Positions 12,496 to 24,759 of a stretch of 64,000 nt of DNA are shown piece after piece. The stretch covers positions 15,376,001 to 15,440,000 of the forward strand of contig NC_087436.1 of assembly GCF_036321535.1 (NCBI RefSeq). The letters are read 5' to 3'. Within the stretch, counting starts at the first letter, position 1. Each line of letters begins with the position of its first letter. Origin of the DNA: Camelus dromedarius (lineage: Eukaryota). The notes below the pieces were generated by a model. It ran no database searches, was not told the DNA's origin, and worked only from the letters and a program-made list of their open reading frames with translations. A program made the translations under genes and the position numbers.

Positions 12496-14471
12496 CAATT
12501 AACAGTATAAATAAATAAATAAAGCCCTAATTAGGTCACATGACAGCCCCAGTGTGTCTCTCCCTTACCACCGCTGGCATTTTGAATGCTTCCTACCTCC
12601 TCTGCCCATCAAGACTGAATTTCTACTTTGGGACCTGAAAATTAAAACAATTCTATCTCTCAACCTCCATTTAACTTCATGACTTGGAATTTCTATGATA
12701 ATATCCATTTAATTTACTTCCTTTAAAATGTATACCCACATTAATTTTTAGACAATCAAACATCCCATCAACGACTTTAACTTGTTCCTTTTTGCCTGTC
12801 TGAACTGCATGCTGTATGGAATATGTTTAACTTCAGCAGTCCCCTCCCAGCTCAGTTCTAGGACATGCTGTTACGCGTTCTGGTATTTGGGTTACAGAAT
12901 TTTTGCAAGTCACTGCAGAGGCTGGCAAAGGGACCATGCTATGTCAGTGTGCACGAGCAATGAGGGAAATATATTTCTCAGGGAAAAGTCCAAGTTCTTC
13001 CTCTGTCAGAAGCAGGGCAAAGGAACTTTTATAGACTAGGCTAATATATCCTTATGAATAAATAGGTTTCCACAGAATCTCTAAACTCCATCGATTTCCA
13101 TTATAAAATTTAAAATACCATCAGAAAAAACTCACCCCAGCACCCTTGAGTTGACATTTTCAACCAGGAGGGGCTTTGTTAGCAGATACCTAGGAGTTAC
13201 AAGACTCAATGACCAAGGGCCGGGGTCTACCCACTGGCCATCCCCCTCCTTCACTGCACTCAGACTCCAGAGTCCCCCGACTCTCCCCCACCCTCCAAGA
13301 AGCCCTCCAGGACTCCCCGCAGGCCTGATGACCTCAGTGGCAGAAATGCTGGGAACTGCTGTCCTCCCTTCCCTTTGCTCTGGCCGTGAGGGAGCTCAGT
13401 ACCACACTTGTCCAAAAGGGGGCTCCACCTCAGCACAGCATGCTCTCCAGCCCCAAAGTTCTAACTTCAAGGCCCCACGTTCTGAAGAACAAATTAACTA
13501 TACACTTTATCAGTTCTATAATGTCAAAGTCCACGTATTGAGTTTACTTTTGAGAGCTATCCATACAACTAAGCCTCGGGGCAGAAATGTAATTATATTT
13601 CTCATGTGTGCTCACACTGTCTAAACTGCCTAAAACTGGGATTGTGTATTATACGCTGATAGTGGCTTGGCAAATTAGCTCAATCTTTCCAGAAAACAAT
13701 CTGGCAATACGTAACAAAAGCTATAATACTGTTCCTGCCCTTTGACTTGTTACACTCACTTTGGGGAAAATGCCCCAAGGAAACAACCTCGAAATAATTT
13801 GTTTAAAACTGTTCACACCAATGATATTTTCAATAATGAAAAATAAAAATATTATTAACCCAAATGGTCAAGAATAAGAGAATTATAATCACTATGTTAT
13901 ACACCACACAATGTTCACCATACACTAAAACTATTAAAAATAAACACTAAGTGAATCATATTGCATGCCAATATATACATGAAATAATTTAACTTAAAAA
14001 CTAAATATACTGACAAACAGATGAATGATTAGAAGTGAGTATGAAAAGATATAAATGAGATCTTAAGGCTAATTAGTTCTTCTTCCCTATAAATTGTTCT
14101 AATTTCATAAAATAAATAGAAGTAAAAGCAAAGTAATTTGTACTAATGTCTTAAAAAAGGACCAAAACACTGAGTTAAAAACAATGAATAATTCTCAGAA
14201 ATTCCTAAGCAATATAAATTTTACATTGCATATTGTGTTTACTATATGCATACATGTAAATATTATTACATATCTAAGTGTATATATGTAAGAAAGAGCA
14301 AAACTATTTACATGATCACTAGTTACATTTTTCTCATTGAATTAATCATCATTTATATTATTTATTCCAATGCATTCTTTGGCAGACAGACCTACTCTTG
14401 GGGGAGCTGTGAGAAACCTAAAAAAGAAAGCTGAGATTTTTATCTCAAGCTATTGCAAGCTATTTAGTAGA

Positions 14472-14752
14472 TTTTATTCTATTTTATTTTATTTTTAACA
14501 CTTTTATTGTGGTATGGTTCCCGTATAGTAAATTACACGTATTTCAGATGTACAACTTGATGAATTTTGATAGATGCATACACCAATGAAACCACCACCA
14601 CAATCAAGATAGCTTACATTTCCATCACTCCCCAAGAGGTGCAATTTTTGAATTCCCAATTTATCTTTCCCATCCCCTTTACCCCCTGGTAACCCTAAGT
14701 TTGTTCTCTGTGTCTGTGAGTCTGTTTCTGTTTTATAGATAAGTTCGTTTGG
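14472..14752 (-). mobile_element. Antisense L1 3' end fragments (older L1M followed by a younger L1 piece)
   Basis: T-rich tail, gatgaattttgatag...accaccacaatcaagata, then ccccttacccctggtaaccctaagtttgttctc-type sequence. Confidence 0.7.
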
Positions 14753-15804
14753 CAGCTTTTAAACTGAAGCATCTCTCTACCCCTTTATAGCAGCAGCCCC
14801 TCTACACTGCCTTCTGGGTTAATGCGTGGAGAAACCCGAGAACAGAGCTATAATAACCCATGGATATGTAAGATTTGCTGATCATCTGGAACGGAGCCCT
14901 TTGCTCATCCCCAGCCCTGGCCAGGTGGTTTTACTGCCTGGAAGATGGGTGTGTTACAACCAAGACCGGTGAGTCACGGAATCCACATCAGCAAAGGGCT
15001 GATTATGCACTGTGTTGCCACTTGTCCTTCACCTCCCTCCTTAAGTGTCAGCACCCTCCCAGGCCACCTCCCTTTTCCTTCCAGGCAGACACGTCCACGA
15101 CCTGCTTTTACAAGTGGGTTCTGGGCCTGGTTCCCATCCTGACATGGAATGCCTGAGAAGCTTCTTGGCTAGAGCACAGCTTGCACTGAAACTTCTGTTC
15201 TGATGTCCCAAGTGGGCTGCCCGGACGGTGTCATGGTCCTTTCAGTTTTCACAGATGATTCCTGATGTGACCTCGACTTTTCCTTATTATTTCCTTCCGT
15301 GCCCTCTGCTCACATCACTCCCACCAAACTCCAACATTCCCGGCCCCTGACTTCTGCTGGCTGCCTGGTTTGACCTCTTTATCTGCTATGGATCCAGGAG
15401 CTCATGCTGATCACGGTGGCTTCCCTGGGCCCGGCTCACCCCTATGACCATCCTGCATCTTACATTCTCAGCCCTGCTTCTGATTCCCAGGCCCCGCTGC
15501 TTCTCAGCTGCATAATGTCAGTCTCAGGGACTCAGTTCAGGGGAAAAAATAAGATTATGGGGGCTGGAGAGACCCAAGCAGGAAAATGCACTTTGCAAAT
15601 ATTTCCTTTATTAAGCAAGTTCACTTCGTTAGGCTAAATAACATTAAATAAACTGACTGGCCCCTGATGTAAAAAGCCCATGCTTATTAAGCATGTAAAC
15701 CAGCTGAAATCAGATACAGCACGGTAAACGTTTTGTAGATCAGAGCTGGGCATTTGTTGATCTATAAACTTTAACATATACAAGCTGATCCATGTATATA
15801 TGTA

Positions 15805-15830
15805 CACACACACACACACACACACACACA
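15805..15830. repeat. (CA)13 microsatellite
   Basis: Read directly. Confidence 0.97.
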
Positions 15831-16930
15831 TATGGATCATGAGCCTGGATCACAGTCTGCAGTTCTAAAAAGAAACAAATACACGAAGAATCAATAGAGT
15901 GAACAATGGTGTGCAGATTATCTGACCAATAGAGCTAAATTTTGACCTAAGTTCAAAGTCTTCTGACCTATAAATATGAGGATTATTGGAGTTCAGTAAG
16001 ATAAACAAAGAACATATTTCTTTCATTAACATGTTGATCGCCACTGTGAATTGGGTGTCCCTGAAGAAACACAACTGTCACCCAGATTTGGGTGACGTGG
16101 TGATCAACGTGTTAAGGAGTATCAGTTACTCCTTGCTTCTGCTCTAACAACAACCCCCATCAGTCAGGGATAATGGGCCTGAATTTCAAATATTCACAAA
16201 TTCTAAATAGGAAGCTCAAATGCTTTCAGAATGAAAGGTATACATAAATCACATAATCACACCTCAAACTAACAAATAATCATTCTTCACGATAAACACA
16301 CGTGCTTGTCTGTCAGGACATTAGCTTCGACTCTATCCTAATATTGTTCTATGTCTTATCTACAGGCAGGTATCAACAGATGACCATTTGCACTTCTTTG
16401 GTTAGAGCCTAGTTATTTCAAGAAAGTCGCATGAGTGCAGCCCATAACTTCCAAATCCTTTGGAAGGCTGATTTTTAGTGGCAGGGTGGAAAAACCCAAG
16501 TTACTAAGCAACGTTTTCCATCACACAGAAGGAGGACAAGATTTAGTGATCCTAAGCCAAATTCCACTTAATGTACCAAATGAACTACAACAAAAGTAAG
16601 TTTCCAACCACTCCTTGTTACTTAATGTGTCTTTCAATTTCAGGTATTTCTTACACACCTATTCCCATGGCAGACCTTTATGGAGTCATTTCTTTTTACA
16701 TTAAGATAACAGCCTTATAACATATGTGTACTTGCACAAGCTGGTTAATGTCAACTACAGTCCTGACCTCCAGAGATGTATCTAAATCTGGAATTAGAAT
16801 AACACGGAAGCTCTACCTACAAGCCTTATCTCCTTGGGACCAAAGTAGTCTAGTAATTGCTGGAATACAGAAGCATGGTGGGAGCATCAGTCAATAAAAT
16901 AGCACAGTAAACTAACCCTTAATTTAGGTT

Positions 16931-16986
<56 letters not shown>
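16931..16986. repeat. (TG)5(TA)23 compound microsatellite
   Basis: Read directly. Confidence 0.97.
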
Positions 16987-16990
<4 letters not shown>

Positions 16991-18324
16991 ATTTAAGTAT
17001 TAGAGAAAAGATTTAAGAGTAATGATCTATGTAATAATATTCCAGAGAACACAGTAATTCCAACCACAGCAAAAACAGACTCATCACCGAGCCTGTGGTG
17101 GGAGAGTTGCTGACGTTTCAACACGTCCGACCACTTGAGAGTCTAAAAGAAGCACAAGCTGACGCCCTGGTCCTCTAAAGGAGCACAGCTCTCGTTCTGC
17201 TTTACTTTCTACTGTCAAGTTGGGAGATACCTGGAAAGTTGAGAAGAGTGACAAATTTTTTAAATGTCACACTATTAACATCACTTTATTAAGATATTGA
17301 GAAGATTAATCAGAGTTCTCTACTACCTTCCAAGCTTTCATCTCTCAGAGACTTCACGTAATTTCTCTAAAATTGTCTATTTAGTCTATGACAAGGCACA
17401 GACCAAAAGAGTGAACCTGGACAGAGCAAAAGAATGAGTTTCACAGGAAACAGGTTAGAATGATAATCTCAAATCCCTGTATAAGGGCTCTAGGCTTCTT
17501 TAATGGAGCCTGGCTACTCGGAGCTCCATACAAGTTACCACACTTAAAACATATCATCTGCTTTTCACTATTTATGGGAAGACATCTGACTGAATTAATT
17601 AATCTAGACGATTCCATCTTTTTCCCATCCCTCTCCCCTCCAAGAAGAAAAAGGCTACTAAATCCACTAGCATTTCTTTATCCATCACCATTACATTATC
17701 TGAGCTCTGAAATGTTCTTAGCTTAAAAAATTGTATAACAGCCTATTTTTTGGAGGCTGAGGGTGGTAAGAAGTTTGCGCTATTAAAAAGTATACAGAGA
17801 TGTGCATGTCCATTTGATTTTTTTTTAACCTTTGTTCTCCTGGCTTTAAGAGCAGACATCATTTAGTATATAACTAATATTGATTCAATACATGAAAGGA
17901 GAGAATAGAGACTGGATAGAGCAAGGGCCAAGAAGCACCACAAAGTACAAATGTGTCATTAAGAATAACTAGTGTGTGTGTGGCGGGGCGGATGGGGGTG
18001 TAACTGACATGGTAATACAGTTGGATAGTTCATTATCTGCTGGACCAATGCTTCGTACTTCTTGCTCTCTCTTTCATTCAGAAGAAGCAAAGGCAAGACA
18101 TAAAAACAGTCCACTAGACGACAAACTGTTCTTACAGACTGCTATAAAAATTAAACACACATACTCTGTCTCTCTTCTCCAGACCACTGATCATTAAATG
18201 CAAGTCTAAAGATCTTACTGGTAGCAAATTATAGAATGTTTTAATATTAGCGTATGTTCAATTCTGTTTTCCTAGGCTCTTACCTTTTCTAAAGTGATAC
18301 GTCACATTTCCTGCTTTCAGTTCG

Positions 18325-18725
18325 ACAATTTATTCAACGTCTACAATATGCCTACAATACTCTTGGCATTGGAGATTTGGTGACCTACAGGTAAATGGTC
18401 TCTGATCGTGAGGAGCTTGTAATGAGGTTGGGAAGAAGATACCCATACATGTAATTTTAACAAAAGGTGGCTGTTGTAACAGTGAAAGGACACACAAGAT
18501 GCTGCTGGAGCCCAGAGTCGTGGCATAAAAGGGGGCAGAGAAGGTTTCCTGGAGGAAATAATGCCACAGATGAGTCCTGTGGCAGGAGATCCATTAGCCA
18601 GGCGGAGGGACAGTCCAGGCAGAAAGAAGAGGAAGTGCCTGAGGCAGAGAGGCATGAAATTGCATGACAGGTGTGGCCGGGAGAGGGGGTGGCCAGGAAC
18701 TCCAAGTAATTTTGCATTTCTGGAG
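18325..18725 (-). mobile_element. L2 LINE remnant
   Basis: atttattcaacgtcta...gtaaatggtctctgatcgtgaggagctt...aaggtttcctggagga resembles antisense L2. Confidence 0.55.
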
Positions 18726-19993
18726 ATTAAATGAGAAGTGAAAGAGGCCAGGACATACAAGCCAACCTGGCCTGTAGGTGGCTAGATGCCACTGAAATGT
18801 CCAAACACCGGAACGCCCCAGACAGATCCGGGATGTAGGTTCACTGCTCTGGCACAAGATGGCATCTCAGAAGATGAGAGGAAACATGGGCCAGAGGCTA
18901 CTTCCAACAGCCTGGATTCTCCAGTATCACTATTAAGAAGGCAACTCTTCCTGGATGTCCACAATAGAACTATTCTGAGGATGTCATGAGAGCCCTGGAC
19001 TCAGGGACCAGTTTGGAAACTCAAGTGCACCACTGGGCCACTCAAAGTCTCTCCCTGGTGACCCCCCTGAACCGTGAACCGCCTTGGATGATGGTTGGTT
19101 GTATAACTAGGTGTCCCTGACTGACTGCAAAGTGTGGGTGGACAAGTGGATAACCCTGACTTCCACTGAAGGTCTGGAATAGAAGCTACTAGTAAACAGT
19201 AGAACGGAACCTGTCAAACATATGTTAATTATGCTGAATTTGTACTGAAGTATCCTAACAAACAGAACTCTGGATACCACTGACTTTTGTTGCCTTCTTT
19301 TCCCTAACTCAACATTTGAAACAGCATCGTGCTTGCCAGCTAATGGAAATACCCAATTCTGTCTATGCCACCTTTTTTTTTACCAGCCTTACAGGTTTTC
19401 TTGGGCTGCCTCAGGGGAACCCAGGGGCTACAGTCAGACTAGCCACAGGAGTTTATGTCAAATTTTTGCTCATTTCCCAGTCCTCAGCAACTGCTCTCCA
19501 CCGGCTCCTGGTCTGAATAACCTCACAGCAAAATGCTACTATGTGAAGCCCCCCAAACAGTGAATAGGTAACATTTATTCCCTTCAACTGAAGGTCTCAT
19601 ACTCAGTCCCATATCTCTGCCCTGCCCTGACTTCACCTTTTTTTTTTTAACCACCCAAAAGAGCCAAAGCTGAGCATTTGTTCCCAATAGCCCTTCTCTA
19701 AGACATTCTTTTCCTTTCTGTCATCAAACCCTTCTTTTCCCACAGGCAAGCTGACAAAATCTCACTTCCTCCATCTCACAGGCCATTCTCCATCCATAAT
19801 AGTCCCTTTCCTTGACTTAATTCCCATAATCAATATTACTCATTTTGTAACAATGTATTTCACACTGTCTTCCAAATTGGCTTATACATTCCTTAAAAGC
19901 CCAGCCCAGGGCTTATACATTTCTATGTCCTACACGTGATGCCCACAATGATGTAGCTGAAGTTTGGGCTCAGTAAATCTCCATTCAACAATT

Positions 19994-20302
19994 CAGTCGG
20001 CCCTCTGTATCCTTGCGTTCTGCATCTGCAAATTCAACCAATCTCGGATCGAAAATATTCAGGAAAAAATTCCAGAAAGTTTCCAAAAAGTGTAACTTGA
20101 ATTTATTGCACACTGACAACTATTTACAAAGCATTTACACTGTATTAGGTTTTATAAGTAATCTAAAGATGATCTGGAGGATGTGTGGATGTGTGTAGGT
20201 TATATGCAAATATAATTTTATATAAGGGACTTGAGCATCTTCAGATTTTGGTATCTGCTGGTGTCCTGGAACCAATCTCCCATGGATATCAAGGGATGAC
20301 TG
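19994..20302. mobile_element. MER2-family TcMar-Tigger non-autonomous DNA transposon
   Basis: TIRs CAGTCGGCCCTCTGTATCC and GGATATCAAGGGATGACTG, followed by TA. Internal tataagggacttgagcatc. Confidence 0.88.
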
Positions 20303-21231
20303 TAATCACTATGACATCCACATGAATTTCTTCAATCAGTATTTTTACTCACAAAGGTAAACAGAAAAGCCCTCAAGAGCCTTTGGAAATTGAGAGAGAC
20401 TAGGGGCATTTTCTAGATTTATCTAAAAGGAAAAATCAAGACTAAAGAGGTAAGAAACTTGGCCAAAGAAATGGCTGAGACAACAGTAAGACCAAGAGGG
20501 TACCCACTTTAAAGAGGAAGTGTTTAATAACTAAACCCACTTCCTCTGACAAACATCCTTATCCTCAACTCAATATTCCTCTGCATTAAATGGAGGGGGC
20601 CATGCATCAGCTAAAGTGTAAAGCCGAAGGTAATTACTCTAATTATCTGGAAAACTCCTGAATTACTTTCTTCCTTTTGCTAAAGCAGATGTGTCCTCAA
20701 TATCCAGAGCAAACCCATTATGGTTACAACAGTAAAAAATCAGAAAGTGGGAAATGCATAAAAAATCTTGGATAATGACAAGAAGCTGCAAAGTGTAAAT
20801 GACCCAAAGACAGAATTGATTTTGTTTTTGATCTAAACTGTGTCCCCTATAATTGCTGTGACTTACAGGCTCGGTGCTTTAACCCATGTGCTGTTTCCGG
20901 CCACAGGAAGGCATTGGGTAGCCATTAAAAAACTGTCACATAAATAGCCACTTACCAGCTCACCTGGGGAGTGTAATGTTGGACAAGTAGTAAAGAATCT
21001 CAATTTTATTTATTTCACTGCTTGTAAACTCCCTGAGGAAAGGGGTGAGCTGGGAAATTTCCTGAACATTCTACCCTTAATTATCCACACAAGCAGATCA
21101 GAGAAGAGTCATAGAGAAGTCAAAATGAATAAACAAAAAAAAAAAAGCTTTTATAATCAGCTTTGTAATGAATTCAGATCCTTTCAGGCATTTTCTTTCC
21201 TTAAATTACACAAGGGACCACCAGCCCGGAA

Positions 21232-21480
21232 AATGGTAGAGCACAGAGGTCAAATACACTGGTCTTGAAGTCACAGGACCAAGGTCTACATACTTGATTA
21301 GAAGCTCACCAGTTGTATAACCTCAGGCAAGTTATTTAACCTCTACAATTTTCCACTCCCTCGTCTGTACAATGAGGAAGCTAAAAGTAACTGCCTTGTG
21401 GGTTTGGGGAGAAGGTTAAATGATATAAGGCATTTGAAGTATTCAGCAAAACACATGGTAAACATTTAATAAATATGTAT
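21232..21480 (+). mobile_element. MIR SINE
   Basis: cctcaggcaagttatttaacctct...tcgtctgtacaatgagg...aaggttaaatgatat. Confidence 0.75.
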
Positions 21481-21849
21481 TTTAGTACTGTTAGAGTCCA
21501 AGGACTGAATGGAAATCAGCAGGGAGAAAGGAAAGAGAGGATGTGATCATGATCAAGTATATTGCAAAGTGAGGTACAAGGCACTTGACAGCTAACTGCC
21601 ATTCTGCTAAAAATATCTGAGGAACTTGCATGTTCCCTAATTGCTCTTGTGAAAACCAAGGGTTTTAACCAACTACCTATTCTAGGAAAGCAAGTAGAGA
21701 AATGTGCTTTTCTTCCTACCTGAAAGGGTTTTCCTTCCTATATTTCCAGAAGCCAAGTTACCTGTCACGCAGGTGGGGAACCCGGCTTCAGTGCAACAGA
21801 GACCCCGAGGGCTCCCTAACCAGCAGAGAAGGTGGAACTCATACTTTAC

Positions 21850-21954
21850 CTGCATCCAGTGGTTTTTAAATACAATCATGCATGTTTCTGGGTCAACTCC
21901 CTGCAGGCTCACAGCCTGCTGGAGTTTGCCTTCTGTCGCAACCGATGACATCAT
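21850..21954 (-). CDS. FHIP1A: FHIP1A first coding exon, CDS part (35 aa, MMSSVATEGKLQQAVSLQGVDPETCMIVFKNHWMQ)
   Basis: ATG ATG at 21954. The peptide matches the FAM160A1/FHIP1A N-terminus as I recall it. Donor CAG|GTAAAG at 21850/21849; 105 nt, phase 0. Confidence 0.96.
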
Positions 21955-22082
21955 AAGCCTTCATAAGCCAAGTGCTTCTAAGTCATATTTAATTTTCATG
22001 AAAATTTGGTAAGCGGTCACTAATTTTCAAGTATCACAGTAGAAATGTAACTTCTTCACATTTCATTGTCACCTTCCAAAAC
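21955..22082 (-). other. FHIP1A: 5' UTR part of the FHIP1A start-codon exon
   Basis: Good acceptor catcttttgttactgtcattacag|G at 22083/22082. An in-frame TGA ends 6 nt before the ATG, which confirms the start. No promoter or CpG island is seen nearby. Confidence 0.7.
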
Positions 22083-23727
22083 CTGTAATGACAGTAACAA
22101 AAGATGTATCTAATTGTTTGTGTATTAAATAGGACATGGACTATTAAATTAAAATCAAAGTACAGACATTCTCAAAGTCCAACACTGAACAAAATAGCTA
22201 CAAAATAGACATTTATACTCAGTCTAAAGGCTTTCTTCTATTTTCTCTCACTTTTCTTCTAAAAATATAAAATAATGATGCTGCAAAAGCTACCTGCATA
22301 AAGTAAGCAATTGTTGGCTGGATTCTCTCCACTACCAACCACAGCCCCCTAGATTATTATTCTAAATCATTCAGATCTAGTTTTGATAAACAATAAGCTA
22401 TGAGATCAATGTTGATGGAATTTAAAAACACCCAGAAATAGGAAAACCATTCGTTAATAGTGACGGAAATCAATGGCTTGATGTGACGTGGGGGAGTTTT
22501 AACATAGCACCCAGACTCCTGGGTCCAATAATAGTGATTTTTTTTTTTAATTAATGACTGTCATAATGGAATTGAAAGCATTCTCAGTCATCTTGGGGAT
22601 ACAACCTAAGTTAAGGCTCCTAGCTTTCCTGAAAGATAATAGAATTCCAAGTAACCTTGACAAATCAGATAGAAATGATCCATCAAAAACAAGATAGTGC
22701 TTCCTTGGTGTGAAAACAAGGTAGCAGCACGCTTATACATGAAAAATGAGGTATGTGGATAAAATATGAAGAAAACCTGACTGCAACAGAGCCAGTGGGG
22801 AGGAAAAGGATACTGAGGTCACAGAGTGTGCAGGGAATGTGATCCAGTCACGTGGTGGTAAGTCCCTGACAAGAACAGTTAAGACAGCGGTATCATCCCA
22901 CTGGTTTCATCAGTTCAGAAAAGGACTGGGTATGGCTCAAAACACTAATATTTTTTTAGTGTACAGACTGGAGAGAGTTCAGAGAAAAGTAATCAGAACA
23001 TCATTACCAGAGCACTAGGAAACAAAACCCATGATAAAATTTCTAGACTTGTAGTGCCAAAAGATTAAAAAATAATTAAAATATAGAGGCTATTTTCAAC
23101 TGAGTAATATAAAGGACGTTACAGGGAGAACACTGATCAGCTCTTCCTCCTACGAACAATAAAATGTGAGAAAGAGGACTTAAGGGGACGATTCACGTTA
23201 GACATGTGGGTCATGTTCTTTGTGGAAGTGGAATTAAACACTGGGAAACAGCTAAAGGAATATTCAAAGTCAGTACTTCTGTTCGGGGAATGAGGTAGTA
23301 GGCTAACCAATCAACACTGAAGGATCTTTAAAATAAATTTTAGGACATAAGAATAGAAAACTGGTAAGAAAATTATTCATTTTGAGGATAATTTTGAGGA
23401 GAGAAACATTCTTAAGGAGAATGCAGGAGGATTAAGATGTGTAGAAAAAATTAAGGCCTGTTAGAAGGACTGCACAAAGCACACACCTGAGGGAAACAGC
23501 TCACGTGTATCTTCCAAGACTATGTCTTAGTACATAAATTGGTGAATTCCTCAATGTATAATTCTTAATAATACAAATGTGTTGCTTTCAATAAGACATT
23601 GTCTACTGTTAACCATGGCCCTCTGCCACTGAGGTATGTTTCACTAGGCCCATCTGGTGTTCTAAAAATCAGGGGTGACCGCCCATGCATGCAGGATGTG
23701 TGCTCCCAGTCTCTCTCTCAGTGTCTA

Positions 23728-23728
<1 letters not shown>

Positions 23729-23775
<47 letters not shown>

Positions 23776-23776
23776 A
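23729..23776. repeat. (CT)11(CA)13 compound microsatellite
   Basis: Read directly. Confidence 0.95.
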
Positions 23777-24622
23777 CTCTCTGATCCTACCGCCACTCTC
23801 TTCACCTCACCCTGGTTGGCAGGTAGCCCTTATAGACAATAACCCAGTATGCAACTCTGTTTTAAGAGAGAAAACAAGTTCTGACTCAACTCTCTTGTTG
23901 TCCTAAACACTACATTTTTTTTGAAAATGTCAAGGTCTCTTATTCGGATGGTGTCATGATAATAACTAGGAAAATCAGTGTTCTGGTTTATCCTGGAGGT
24001 TGAAAATGTAGAAGACTCTCCAAGATTCCTTCCAGCTCCAGGATTCTGAGATTCTTCCTCAAAGGAATGAAGGGAACATAAATCATGACAATTGCCTCTG
24101 AATCAAAAATAGAGACATGCTCTCTAAGATCCCTGTGAGTTAGTTCTCAAAGGGACTTCACATGCAATCTTTTCAGACAGTGAGACCGCAGCACAGACAG
24201 GATAAATATTGCAGGCCAGGCCGTAAACTTACAACGTGGTTTTGATGGAAACAGAATGTCTCTTGATTCCCAGTCCAGCGCTCTTCCTAGAAAACTATAT
24301 TCTCCTTTCTCCTGGCTATACTCCTTGGCCCTAGGCCCTTCGGGAATCTTCTCTGAAAAGAGCACATCTCACTCAGTTGACGCTTAACCCATTCATATGG
24401 ATGCCTGAAAAATCTAAACTTGGGAGAGAAAGGAGGGCGGTGAGGCAGGTGCAGGAAGCCCTGTGTGGGAAGGGAAAGGCTACGCCAGGAGACCCTGCTG
24501 ATGAAAACACCACCTAATCCCCAAGAGGCCAGCTGGCTATTTCCACTCTGCCTCTCTCTCACTCCCAGAGTAGAGGGTTAAAGCCCTGGCATGTCCCCAG
24601 GCAACGCAAAAACTGCAAGGAA

Positions 24623-24759
24623 TAACCTTTAATGAAAAAGAATATGAAAACAAACATATGTATGTATATGCACGACTGGGACATTGTGCTGTACACCAGA
24701 AACTGAAACATTGTAACTGACGATACTTCAATTAAAAAAAAAAGTAAAAAAAAAAAAAA
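24623..24759 (+). mobile_element. Short L1 3' end fragment, camelid type
   Basis: aatgaaaaagaatatgaaaac...gtgctgtacaccagaaa...tacttcaatt plus A-tail. TSD aaaaactgcaaggaa / aaaaaatgcaaggaa. Confidence 0.9.

Noticed and set aside
13151..13624. 157-aa plus-strand ORF
   Set aside because: It has a TTG start, low-complexity Pro/Ser composition and no splice or homology support.
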